DNA of 64,000 nt from Octopus bimaculoides (GCF_001194135.2 NC_068986.1:47973967-48037966); one strand, 5' to 3'; shown: positions 41,503 to 54,382, numbered from the stretch's first letter. The notes: generated by a model not told the origin, from the letters alone. Numbers and translations: made by a program.

Positions 41503-41729
41503 CAGTGGTCCTCAACTGGGGTCTATATAATATTTTGTTCTAATTTATATGCAATAAATTGATTATATTTCTACAATATACAGTATTTAAACTTTTTTTT
41601 TTTTTTTACAATTCCTAATAAAATTTCATTATAAAAATGTAAGAGTTTTTAGACAACGAGGATCCCACCCGTTGAGTAAAATACGAATTAAAAGTGGTCC
41701 ATAGGCAAAAAAGTAGTCGAGAACTACTG
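41503..41729. mobile_element. hAT MITE
   Basis: CAGTGGTCCTCAAC...GTCGAGAACTACTG; 8-bp TSD atgtattc/atgtagtc. A related element lies at ~41849-42182. Confidence 0.7.
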
Positions 41730-42818
41730 ATGTAGTCAGTTGTGCGAGCACCAGCAATGCAACAGATTCGTGGTTCGAATCCAGTTGGAGGACCTATTCT
41801 CTTAAAAGCGGTAGGATGGTTGGAGCGTTAGCGTATCAGTCGTTAGTGCAGTGGTTCTCAACCAGAGTCCATATAAAATTTTTGGGAGTCTACGCAGCAA
41901 AGCAGTATGTTGGAGATTCGCAATAGTATTTTAAAGGCCCCTGAAAAAAAAAATTCGCTTTAGGTATATGTATTAGTATGTATTGCAAGAGACATTTCGG
42001 TTTCTTTCTCTAACGTTTTACGTAGTTCAACCTACACTTGTTAATGTGTGGAAAACAAAATAGGAATTTTGGAAGAAGTTTCTGTAAAACTAGTTTATAA
42101 ACATCAAACGGCTATGGGTGTCCATCAGAATAAAATAGTAACCAAAGGGATTCAGAGATGAAAAAATGGTAGAGAACCCGTCATTAGAGCATTGTGGTAT
42201 TTACTCGCAGCCTTTCATGTTCAGAGTTAAAATTCTACTGGGGTCATATTTGTCTTTNNNNNNNNNNNNNNNNNNNNNNNNNNNNNNNNNNNNNNNNNNN
42301 NNNNNNNNNNNNNNNNNNNNNNNNNNNNNNNNNNNNNNNNNNNNNNNNNNNNNNNNNNNNNNNNNNNNNNNNNNNNNNNNNNNNNNNNNNNNNNNNNNNN
42401 NNNNNNNNNNNNNNNNNNNNNNNNNNNNNNNNNNNNNNNNNNNNNNNNNNNNNNNNNNNNNNNNNNNNNNNNNNNNNNNNNNNNNNNNNNNNNNNNNNNN
42501 NNNNNNNNNNNNNNNNNNNNNNNNNNNNNNNNNNNNNNNNNNNNNNNNNNNNNNNNNNNNNNNNNNNNNNNNNNNNNNNNNNNNNNNNNNNNNNNNNNNN
42601 NNNNNNNNNNNNNNNNNNNNNNNNNNNNNNNNNNNNNNNNNNNNNNNNNNNNNNNNNNNNNNNNNNNNNNNNNNNNNNNNNNNNNNNNNNNNNNNNNNNN
42701 NNNNNNNNNNNNNNNNNNNNNNNNNNNNNNNNNNNNNNNNNNNNNNNNNNNNNNNNNNNNNNNNNNNNNNNNNNNNNNNNNNNNNNNNNNNNNNNNNNNN
42801 NNNNNNNNNNNNNNNNNA

Positions 42819-43552
42819 AGGTCACGTGATAGAGTATTTTTCTGATGTCTTGTGAGCCTACCATCAACTATAAAATGCTTTAATTCAGCGGCAAAATTCG
42901 TCTCGGCTCAGTTTCTCTTAGAGACTGTTCCGTGTACCACACGACAGCAGCAATTCCAGCGACAACATCAACAGCTTCGCCATCAGCAACACGAGTCTAC
43001 GACTACTACCAAGCTTCGTCTTCGCCACCATAGTCAACACGACTTTAACTACGAACGACAATATTCGCCAATATCATCAACATGATTTCTATGTACACCA
43101 ATCCAAACCACCGCGGCACATCTCTCTCTCTTCGATTCTGTTTGGTGACTCAGCTTCACCACGATAAATAAACAGACAAGAGTTTCAGCCAGCGACGAAC
43201 ATCTGTATAACAAGAGTCCGGCCCGGCATCGAAGCCACAACATCACAACTAGTGATCGCACTGGCACACATACGCCTCAACTTCTTTCACATACAGACTC
43301 TTCCTATTGTGTACTCAAGAACTGGTATAAATGCTCACGTGTTACTAACTCTTTCTATCTGCTGTAATATCTCACATACACTCTTTTCTTTATACGACGG
43401 CCTGTCTTTTATGTTTTTATATGTCGCATTCACACACAGGCATACATCTTTAACGCCACAATAAATATCTCTTATTCATCTTATACGGTTGTATTCAATA
43501 TCGTCTTCATTACTGGTATTTACGAAATCACTAATGTTATCGAAGTATAACA
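42819..43552 (+). mobile_element. possible solo LTR (5' end in gap)
   Basis: CpG-rich block with TATAAAA near 42870 and AATAAA near 43460, ending ...TAACA. No partner LTR is visible. Confidence 0.35.
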
Positions 43553-43886
43553 TTATTTGTATATCATATTTGATATATATTTTTGTGTTCGACCGTGTGA
43601 CGCGATTAAAATAAAAGGAGTCCTGTTTTTTTTTCATTCGTCACCATTTCTCCTTTTTGAGTTCGCACGGTCGTTCTTACACCTTGCTGAATTTAGTTTC
43701 GGCTCTTACCTTCTAAGGTTGAATTCAATCGAAGTGACCTTTACTTTTCATCCATCCGTGTAGGGAAGGGGTGTAATGTAAAATAAAGTTTCAAACTAAT
43801 ACTGGGTTTGATTTAATCTACTATACCTTCCCACAAAATGTATAGTTATGTGACTATGTTAGAAGTCAATATTCTAATATATATTA

Positions 43887-46050
43887 TTCTGGGCAAACAA
43901 TACTTTCTTACAGAAAATTAAGTAGCTGTTCCTAGCTGACGTTGGCATACCGATTTCAAATCTGTAATTAATTTTTTTCTATCGCGTCTAGATTTTTGTG
44001 TAAAATGCAAATTACTTGGTAAAATTTCTTACCACGTCCAGCTATTGGTTTTAATCGGTTTAATACCAGTAATATGAATCTTGCGTTCCATGGTTAAAGC
44101 AATTTTTGTTTGCCAACTATATATAAATTCTAACGATTTTGATCAATCAAATTTTGAGTTGACAACATTGAGTAAAGAGCATAGTAACGGCCCAACGGTC
44201 ACTCGCTTGTGTGAGTCTAGTAGAGCGGCTGTTAAAACTCTCTCTTGTGGTAAGCAAGTAACAGGCTGTGGTAACTTATGTATTTCTATAGCATTTGTTT
44301 TGTACTACGGTGTGTATTTCTTTTTATTTTGTACATCGTAATTATTACTTTCTAGGTTTCTTTTTTTTTTTCTTTCAGATATTGTATGGTAATTAAAATG
44401 CAATCAAATAGCCGAGCTTGTGCAAATCACAGACAACTTCTGCTATATCTGTGGACATTATGCACCTAAGAGACAACGTAGAAACATAACAGCAAAGATT
44501 AAACTTGCCTACAAGTATTATTTTGACTAAGTTAAGCAAGCAAGAGAGGGACTGGACACCACATACTTGAGGTGCACAGTGCAATGCAATGTTAATAGCT
44601 TGGATGAATGGTAAAAGAAAAGCTTCGCCATTCTCAGTCCCCATAGTTTAGATGAACCGGGAAAAAAATCACTTCAATGTTTGTTATTTTTGTTTGACAA
44701 AGATTGCTGGTTTTACATAGAAAAACAAATTTAAAAAATCATGTACCTAAACTACGAGGCGGCAATAAAACTAGTACCACACGATGAAACAAGTCTCCGA
44801 CTGTACGAAGGTGAGATGGAGAGAATATTTAGAGTGGAGGAAGAAAAGAGAGAACAAAGAGTCCAAGATAAAGGAAAGAAAATACGAGGAGGAAATGGAG
44901 TATGGTATGTGACGTACCCCAAAAACATAGAAACAAAAGATAATTAAGTTTCATTCAATAGTAAGAGGGAAGGTGCCATCATACATATATGTAGAGGATA
45001 TGAAACCAATAGTGATTGAAAAGGATAACGACAGGAAGTTGAAGGAGATAGTGTTCACCCACCAGGAGTGAGGGTAGAATTCAAAGAGCTGCCACCAGTA
45101 GTGGATCTAAGAGACATTGAACCATTGATGAGGTATTATTAAAAAGAAAAATAAGTATGTTAAATTGTAGGAAAAATGAGTAAAATTGTTTTATGCTAGG
45201 AAAAATAACGGTGAATGTATATAACGGTTCAAATGGCACTGCATGGGAGTGGAGACCATGCGACATTTTCATTTTTATATAATTTCATCTCATCTCATTT
45301 ACATTCGTTTTATGGTTTTTGTCCCCACTGTGGTCTTGCCTGTCCTTGTGATGTCCCTGGCTGTATTTAGGGCTTTATGTCTAATAAAGAAATGACGATG
45401 AAACAAGTCCTCCACTAGCAACAACAGACAGCAGTTGATCTGAAAATTTTGCAAATGATATAGAAATAGGGCAAGATGGTGTATATGTTACAGATAAAAC
45501 TAGTTCCCCACATTTGTTTAGTAAAGCAGAGTTAAATTACTTATTGCGCGATTCGGAATTACCGAAAGAAAAGACAGAGTTGCTTGGTTCCAGACTTCAA
45601 AAATGGAATTTTCTCCAGCCTTCCCATTTCTGCCATCGCCATTTGTAATTTTCATCATTTTATTTTCATCGGGAAAATGTTTTGTTTCTGCTATGATATC
45701 AGTAGCCTGTTGGAAAGAATTGGCTTTCACTATGACCCAGAAGAATGGAGACTGTTCATTGACTCTAGTAAAGCTAGCCTTAAAGCTGTATTACTGCGCA
45801 ACAGCAATGAAAAACCTTCATCTCTGTTCACTAGTTATGCAAGTACGATTAACATAAAACATGACAGAGTAAAGTAATAGAGGCAGGTGCGGGGGAAAAT
45901 GAAAAATAGACATTTTCAGTTAACAAAATCTGGACGTGATAGAGAAATTTAGATATCAGATCTGAAAATAGCATTAGAAATTTGGTAGGAATCGGTAGTT
46001 TACGCGTCTATAACAACAACATAAAAAATATTGAAATTTGCTACCTAGTG
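43887..46050 (+). mobile_element. degenerate Chapaev3-like (CMC superfamily) DNA transposon, internally deleted, with a retroelement insertion
   Basis: TTA flanks; right end ...aaatttgctacctagtg. Remnants DNFCYICG, WTPH, PFSVPIV, CYFCLTKIAGF, LLGSRLQKWN and EWRLFIDSSKASLKAVLL. The superfamily name comes from recalled motifs. Confidence 0.75.
44800..45394 (+). mobile_element. 5'-truncated copy of the ORF1-only retroelement
   Basis: About 80% similar by eye to the reverse complement of 46377-46990; ends gggctttatgtctaataaa; 15-bp TSD acgatgaaacaagtc (44781-44795 / 45395-45409). Confidence 0.85.
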
Positions 46051-46633
46051 TTATTTTTCAGCTTTTGGTACAGGGCTAGTCGATTACACCGACTCCAGTG
46101 ATCAACTGGTACCTATGTTATCGACCCCGAATGGATGAAAGACAAAGTCGACCCCGACAGAGTTTGAACACAGAACATGAACACGAATAAAATGGTGCTA
46201 AGCATTTTGTCCGGCGTGCTTACTCTCCTGCCAGCTCGCCGCCTAAATATTCTTTTCCTCTCTAGGCACAAGGCCCGGAATTTTGGGGGAGGGAGCCAGT
46301 CGATTAGATTGATCATGGTACTTAATTTGGCCTCGGCGGAATTTGAACTCAGAACGTAAAGACAGACGGAATACCGATTTTTTTATTAGACATAAAGCCC
46401 TAAATACAGATGCGGACACCACAAGGACAGACAAGACCACAGAGGGGACAAAAACATACCACGAATGTAAATGGGATGAAATTATATAATAATGAAAAAA
46501 AAAAAAGGAAAATGGCCGCACGGGCCCCACTCCCATGCGGTACCATTTGAACAAATATATGTACTATCTACAATTGTTCTTTTTCCTACTATATCACCAT
46601 TATAACATCATTTAACATACTTTTTTTTCTCTT

Positions 46634-47658
46634 TTAGTATAACTTCGTCAATGGTTCAATATCTCTCAGATTCACTACTGGTTGCAACTCCTTGAACTCC
46701 ACCTCCACTCCTGGTGGGTCAACACTATCTCTACACATCTCTTTCAACTTTCTGTAGTTCTCTTCTTCAATCAGTATTGCCTTCACATCCACTGCGTAGA
46801 CGTATGAAGGCACCTTCACTCTTACTATTGAATTAAACTTAATAATCTTTTTTTCTGTTTCTACATTCTTTCAGTATGTCACATAATACCACACTCCATC
46901 TCCTCCTCGTATATTCTTTTCTTTATCTTGTACTTTTTGTTCTCTTTTTCCTTCCTCTATCCCAAATAATCTCTTCAACTCTCCTTCCTGCAGTTGTATT
47001 TCCGAATCCTTCTCCATTGGAACAACCGGTATCTTTACTGGTAACTCCACTTTCTTTTTACTTTCCCTTTTTTCTTCCTTCCTACTAACCTCCATCACAG
47101 TTTCTTTTCTCACCTCTTCTCTCTTCTTTTTCTGCTTCTCTGACAGAGAACTCATTCCTCCGCTTCTCCTTCTTTTCTTTTTAACCATAGTGAATCCATT
47201 CTCCGTTTCTTTTTCTGTTGCCTTGTTCTGTACTACCTGGTCCACACTCTCTTGTCTCTCCTCCCGTTCTCTTTGTGGCTTTCTTTGGGTACACCATGCT
47301 TTCATGTGAAACACACTGGCGGCCTACCCTCCACAGAAACTCTCAGTCTCACATCTTCTAGCAGCACAATCTCATCCACCACACTATTCAAGTCCTCCGT
47401 TGTTGCCTGAATCGTCAATTTGATACCATATCCCCAGTAGTTCACCTTCTGGGTCCTTGTAGCCTTCACAATCTTCCCGTCTTTCATATTGTATGTTATG
47501 GCTGTCATCAGCCATTCTTCTTTCAGTTCGGGTGACACCTTACCCACTCGCACCTTGGCCACACGTTTGCCGCAGTACGGAAGCAAGAGCACCCATTCCT
47601 CTGTTCTTATTGCCACTGTGGAGTGCTTTATTGCTTCCTCCTCCGTTGTGAAACGCAC
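46634..47658 (-). pseudogene. gag-like ORF1b (5'-truncated paralog; knuckle partly deleted)
   Basis: ORFs 47302-47658, 46871-47314 and 46634-46819; EGRPPVCF..HMKAWC, GVWYYVTY, ILIEEENYRKLKE. Confidence 0.8.
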
Positions 47659-48903
47659 CTCTTTTAATTTTCTATACTTTTCTTTTTCTATTAAAATCCA
47701 TCTCGCCTCCTTATCGCAACGGTCAGAGAGGTTCAGTTTGACAATGTCTTTTATTTTGGATATCTTCTCTATTTTTTGTGTATCGATATGACATCAAATA
47801 TATGCCGTTCCTATGTACCTCTTGCGTCTGTATGTCTGTTCTTTTTTGTTTTTGTGATTCTGTACTACCTTGCGTCTGTTCTATATTTCTTTGTGACTGT
47901 ATATCTGTCTGTAGTTCATGTTTGTGTGACTGTAAGTCTGCATGTTGTGTTTGTGTGTCTGTGTTTTCAGGTTCTGTGCTTTTTGGTTTCTGCAACTCTG
48001 TGTTATCTTCTTCCCTTCTGAGTGTGTGTATGTCTGTGTGTTTAAGCATCTGTGTATCTGTCTGTCTGTGCGATTGTGAGACTGTATGGTTCTGTGGTAA
48101 TGTTCTGCTGCTATTATCTTCTTTCCTCAGTGATCCCACNNNNNNNNNNNNNTTGTTTTCCATTATTTCTGGACACCTTCTTTTAATGTGACCTCTTTTG
48201 CCACATTCGTAGCACTTTGGAGGTCTCCCCTCCAACATTATGTCCAGTTTGTCCTCGTTAGGCAGCTCCAGTGTCTCCGGTATGTCACTGTAAACTTTCT
48301 GACTTGCTATAAAAAGCACATTCAATCCATACCCCCACCAATTTATTTGTTGGGTTCTGCTTATCATAATTATCCTTGCATCTTCTCCTTCTCTTTCAGG
48401 AAAAACTGCTGCTATTACCCATTCCAACTCTATTTTCGGTGGGATCCTACCCACTCTATTCCACGTTGGACGTCTACCCAACTTATTGGGAAAGAGCATC
48501 CAATTTCCATTGGCTAGTGTTTTATTGGCGCATTTCTTTGCTGCCTCCTCCGATACAAATGTTATTTCTACAGACGCGTATGTCTTGCCTCTTGTAAAAA
48601 AAACGACACATCTTCTTGCAATTCCTTCAAACACTCCTCCACCTCCTCCTTCGTTGCGCTCTCTATTCTTTTATTTTTCCTTGAAAAGGATTTATATTCC
48701 ACGACTCCAATTTCCATCTTCATCCTTTCCTCCTCTGATGGGGTCAACTTTACGTTTGGCCCCTCCTTCTTTATCATTTCTTTATATTTTTCAATTTTCT
48801 CAGCCATGTCTTCATTCCAATGTATTTCATGTTGCTTCAGCAGGCCTGGGACGACGGAGGCTCGACTCCCCGTCGCTGCTGCATACGTCTTCATTTTCTC
48901 CAT
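47659..48903 (-). pseudogene. gag-like ORF1a (RRM-like, CX2CX4HX4C knuckle at 48173-48214, Q/T-rich linker, C-terminal ILIE..YRKLKE motif), frameshifted
   Basis: Pieces in ORFs 48568-48921 and 47723-48634; CYECGKRGHIKRRC. Confidence 0.8.
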
Positions 48904-50409
48904 CTCAGCAACGCCCACCAAAAAATAGTGGCGTTATACTAAAAAATTCGCAGCGAGTAATGACACGTCCGACCAGTAAACTCACGGCAGACGAAATACC
49001 GCTAAGCATTTTATCCGGCGTGCACGTTTTTGATTGCTCGCCGCCTAAATATTGTGAGATATGTTGGTTTCAAACTTTGGCAAAAGACCAGCAATTTTGG
49101 GTAGGACTAGTCAATTACATCAACTCCAGAGCCCCAACTGGTGCTTGATTTACAGAATCCGAAAGTATGAAAGGCAAAGTCGACCTCGGCGGAATTTGAA
49201 ACCAGTACGTAAAGACGGACGAAATGCTGTTAAGCATATTGCCTGGCATGCTAACGATTTTGCCAGTTCGCTGCTAAATATTGTGAGACATTAAAATGTA
49301 GTGAAGGCGCGTGGCCGAGTGGTCAGGGCGTTGTTCTTGCGATCGCTAGATCGTGGGTTCGGTTCCCAGACAGAGCAGCGCTTTGTATTCTTGAGCAAAA
49401 CACTTCATTTAACGTTGCTCTAGTTTTCCTTTCGATCAGCGCGGAATATTGGCTTGATCGCATAGCCAGCGGAGTAGCGTCTTCAAAGGTAAAACCGATG
49501 CAAGGTGCATTGTGTAACAACATTTTATAATCTGGTCGGTCACGTGAATATTAAAATGTAATAATTATGCTTTAATTAGTAAAGGTGGCGAGCTGACAGA
49601 ATTATTAGAAAGTTAGAAAAAAAAAAAATATGTGAAAATTCCTTCCGACTCTTTACGCACTGAGTTCAAATTCTTTACGGAACAACTTTGCTTTTCATTC
49701 ATCCTGGGTTGATGAAATAGAGTATCAGTAAAATACTTTAGTCATGATATCGCCTAATCCCTTCCTTGCGAAAATACTGGCCTTAGGTCCAATTCAGAAA
49801 CAATTATTTGAAGACAGTGGATTGACAGAATCATTAGCCCATCGGTAGGACTGCTTTGCAGGATTTGTTGTGACTTTTAACTTTCGGAGTTCAAATTTGC
49901 CTTTCAGCCCTCCAGAGCCGATTAAATGAAATACCAGTCAAATACTGAAGACGACAGTATTGAATACCACCCTCCCCTCAGAATTGCTAGTGTTATGATA
50001 TACTGTTAGATATAATTGTGTTTTAACAAGTCATTCAGGTTTTACAAGAAAATAGAGTTCATTTCTTTGTTTAAGAATATGTAGAGGACCTGGAAATTTG
50101 ACCAAAATAAACAAAGGAAAAAAACAAAAAAAACAATACGGACTAATTATGATAACAATTAAAATGATTTTGTTCACATTCTCTACTTGTCGATAAATCA
50201 GTTTAGCTGTTGTTACAAGGTATGATTAACCGTAATAAAATGTGCATAGGATATAAGCTTCATTTTCATTGTCGAAGATAACTAGAAAACAGAAATGCTG
50301 AAGATATTCTTAGAAAGAGTGACTGATACTGGATCCTATCTTGTAGCGTAGTTGAAAGGGGACAGGCGAAGAAGCGTGCACCTCAGGCGACTCTTTTATG
50401 CGACATACA

Positions 50410-51140
50410 GAGAAAGGCTTTAACCCCCAAGGACATCCATGCTGACATAATTGCTACATGAGGGGATGACACTCCAGCTTTATCAACAGTGCAAAAGTGG
50501 GCGGCTGAATTTTTTGGTGGGGAAGGGAGAGTCTTGAAGATGACCCAAGGTTTGGACCCAAGGCCTGCAACTACCACTACCGATGATAGCATTGATTGTG
50601 TTCACCACATGGTGATGGATGACAGGAAATTAACTACGAATCAAATAGCCAATACTGTTGACATATCCCTGAGAGTGTTAGAATATTCTGCACAATGAAC
50701 TTGGCATACCGAAAGTTTCTGCTCGTGGGTGCAACGTCTTCTGACATTTGATCAAAAGTGCACCAAGCTGATCACATCATGGGAAAATCGAACATTGTTT
50801 TAAGCAGATCGAGTTGGTTTTCTTGAATGTCTCCTGACCCAGTATGAGTGTTGGGCTTATCACTTTGATCCAGAGACAATCCATGCAATGGAAACACCCC
50901 AACTCACCTGCTCCAAAAAGGCCAAGGAAGTTTCATCTGCAGGGAAGGTGACCATCTAAGTTCTGGGAGATAGAAAAAGCATTGTGTCTATTGAGTATCT
51001 TCAAAAGGGCCACACCATCAATGGAGAGTACTATACTAATTTGCTAAGGCAGTTACAAAAGGCCATCAAGACCAAACTCGCAGGAAAATTGACGAAGTGG
51101 GTATTGTTTCATCAGGACAGTAGTCCAGCACACAAATCCT
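50410..51140 (+). pseudogene. mariner DD34D transposase remnant
   Basis: TVQKWAAEF, EDDPR, KVSARWV, WAYHFDPET, VLFHQDSSPAH with stops and frameshifts. Confidence 0.85.
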
Positions 51141-53039
51141 TGAACAATTTATGAAGGTACATCCATGATTAACAAATATTTTTACTAACAGCGTGGCGAC
51201 AGATGACGACCTAATTTGTTTTGAAAAATGTCAAGCAACGAGATGGAATGGCTAAAATTCATTTCGCCACAAACAACTAAGTCATCTCGCTATTAAACGA
51301 CCAAGCAAAATCAACAGCGTTTTAACTCAGCAGATAATTAAGATTGTTGAGATATATCCTTACAATGAACAGTTATGTACCTGTCCCCTCATTACGCTCC
51401 ATCTCACTGTTACTGGAGGTTGCTAAAAAGAATCCAGAACCAAAAAAGTCATAGAAATTTTACCCAATGCGAAGTTATAAGAACGCCTTCATAACTTGAG
51501 TTGTTGCACGATAGAACCAAAAGACAGGCATATTTTCTTCGCGATGTTGGCTGGAATATGCTTCTTGGTCCTCATTGTTAAAAATACTAATTACACATGT
51601 AATGTCACGATGCTATGTAAAGTGATTCCAATCCGTATGTATTACGTTGTGTTCTGGGGGTCAATCTAATCGACTGGCCCCCTCCCCCAAAATTTCAGGC
51701 CTTGTGCTTAGAGTAGAAAAGAATAAATGACTGATTTAATTTTTGTTTCCTTATCTTAAGAAATTCAACAAAAGTTACTTTTTTCTTCACATTGTGTAAT
51801 ACTATCATATGTAAATTGTGTACAAGTCATGCATTGTTATTTAATAATTGATTCATAATATTTTTGATTCATAACTTTGATTGCTTCCAATATTTAAATA
51901 AAATGTGACTTTTCTCGCCTCACTAAAATTGTGATTCCCCACCACACCGTTTGTAAATGCTGGGAGAGATAAAAATGAATATTGATAAAGGTGCCAAACA
52001 AACACCCAATTTTCCAAATCATAACGCAAGTTATTCCTAGTGAATTCAATGAATGAAATTCTCGTGACTCTCACAGCATGCACTACTTAATATCCTCACA
52101 TTCATATCACTGAAACAACATACCAAATTCACTTGACATCGTTCTGATTTCCCAAACCAACTAATATCATCATTTTTTGTAACAACTTCACACTCCCTAT
52201 GGAAGGTCCTTTAGTTTTTAAAGGAGCAGATTAGCGGAATCGATAATGCATCGGTCAAAATTCCAGCAGTATTTAGTTACAACCCTCTATGTTCTGAGTT
52301 CAAATAGTGCCGAGGCAAACTTTGTCTCTCATCTTTCCGGAGTCGATAATAAAGTACTAGCCAAGGAATAGGTTAGATGTAATCAACTACACTCTTCCTT
52401 GTAAATGATGTTTGTGGTTTTGGGTCAAATATAAATAACCATGTAATTCTCGTCCAAAAAATAGAATCATCGGAGAAATAGTTTGCGCTACTTCAGCTGA
52501 CACCGAAATTCTGTTTCCGGTGTAAACTGAAATATACATATACGGAACAGAAAACATGACCTGAAATAAAATCTGATTTGTATGTTGTAGTTTCCATGAT
52601 TATTGTTTTCTTAATTATTTTAATTAATTTTATAATAATTCACATACTTATAAACTCTGTAAAAAGATATTCGGATCAAGTTTTATATTTCTAATCTCTT
52701 AAAATAATGCCGATTATCACGTAATTGCAAAGATCATAAAGACACCGGTACTCGTTGTTTATCAATCAGCATTGATTGAACAAATCTTTGATCAATTGTA
52801 AGTCTAACTGTAGTAAATTATCCTGTCTTAGTTGCCGCTACCAGTATACAACATTATTCCAAAGTGCCCTGAGGGAGTTTGGTGGCTATTTTGTAGAGCT
52901 CTAATTTTTTAAATAAAATATTAGGTTTTATGATGCAAAACTAAAACAAAAATACTAATATCCACCTATCTTGCATCGCTATGGTCGTCGTCATCGTCAT
53001 CATCTATATATATGTATATGTGTACCCGGTTATCAGTCC

Positions 53040-53112
53040 GCCCGCATAGCTCAGTCGGTAGAGCATCAGACTTTTAATCTGAGGGTCGCGGGTTCAAGTC
53101 CCTCTGCGGGCG
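53040..53112 (+). tRNA. tRNA-Lys: tRNA-Lys(UUU)
   Basis: 73-nt cloverleaf: acceptor GCCCGCA/TGCGGGC, D-stem GCTC/GAGC, anticodon stem TCAGA/TCTGA with loop CTTTTAA, T-loop TTCAAGT, and a downstream T-run. One T-stem mismatch (C50:U64). Confidence 0.92.
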
Positions 53113-53116
53113 TACA

Positions 53117-53125
53117 TTTGTTTTT
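53117..53125 (+). terminator. Pol III terminator (tttgttttt) after tRNA-Lys
   Basis: A T5 run begins about 9 nt after the discriminator base. Confidence 0.6.
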
Positions 53126-54382
53126 ATGGTCGTTTGCCAGAATGAGTGCCTCTGTATAGGTGAAACAAAATAAAGAGTATATATAAATGTTGGATAATTG
53201 TATACACTTGAATCATCTATTTTTTTTTTTTTTTGCTGTAGTTACAGCTCAAAGCTGCAGCCATGCTGATGCTCCGCCGTTGAATAAATAATCATTTGAT
53301 TGCGGCCATGTGGGAGCACCACCTTAAGGGATTTTAGTCGAACAAATTGACTGCAGGACTTTGTCTTTCTATGCCAAGTACTTATTCTATCGGTCTCAGA
53401 AATATTTGCCTGTGAATTTGGAGAATTTGGATGAAATATGCTTGCAGGTGAAGCCGCCTCTAATCATTTGGCTCTCGGTATTCATTCATTTGCGGTTTTA
53501 CAGTTGTAATGAGTCTTATAAAATACTGAAATCACTGCGATGTCAGCCTAAATTGAGTTTATTTCCTTCTAAATTAATGAATCACTTGTAAATTTTAGTA
53601 CTGTTTAATACACCGAAATGTGTTTACATGGTAATGCTAACAATAATAATTTTAAAAAATCCCGAATTACAAGTGTTTCAGAATGTGAAATACAATAAAA
53701 TGACGAAAAATTACAGTCAAGAAAAATTATTTTAGTGGTGGCTGTTGTTTCGAAGGCACAATGGGAGGTGTGAGAGGTGGATGACAGAAGTTTGAAAGAC
53801 ATAGATTATTTATTTACTCATTTATTTGTTTATTTATTTATTTTATTGACTCACCCTACTCATTGTTTTGAAATGTATGATATTAAATTATTTAGAAAAC
53901 TCCCGAAAAAGACCCAACAAAAACGGAGAAGTTCCGACTTCTGTGGAACAGCTACTTTGACAGTCCACCCAAACGAGTACTGATTAGAGTTTTCTAAGGC
54001 TGAATACTTACAAGTCTGATCACGTCAAGTCAAAACACTTTATAAAGCAAAATCATAATTACCGCTTCCTACGGCTTAAAAAGAAATCCAAGGGAAATAA
54101 CACTATATTAGTTCTTATCTAAGGGAGAGAACCCTTACTGTCTGTTAAGGCAATTAGTACGAGAAGGAAAGCAAAAACAATAAGAAAAACGTTACGAAAT
54201 CGTATAGTCGTTATCGTAGGTGGTAGAATACCATGGCAACTGAATATAGTACCTAAGACCAGACGGATACGTCATCTATTCCGATCTCACCATTAGTGTT
54301 TCTTTAGTTTAAGCTAAAGAGACACTAATGAAACGTATACTACATACTACAAGCTTAACAAAAGAGGGAAAAATAGAGAGAA

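Larger units (their letters stand above)
46377..48987 (-). mobile_element. 2.6-kb poly(A)-tailed non-LTR element with two gag-like ORF1 units and no ORF2
   Basis: AATAAA plus an A-tail at 46377-46390; 14-bp TSD cagacgRaataccg splitting a SINE B copy; RRM-like segment followed by EGRPP and a CCHC knuckle, present twice. Confidence 0.85.
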
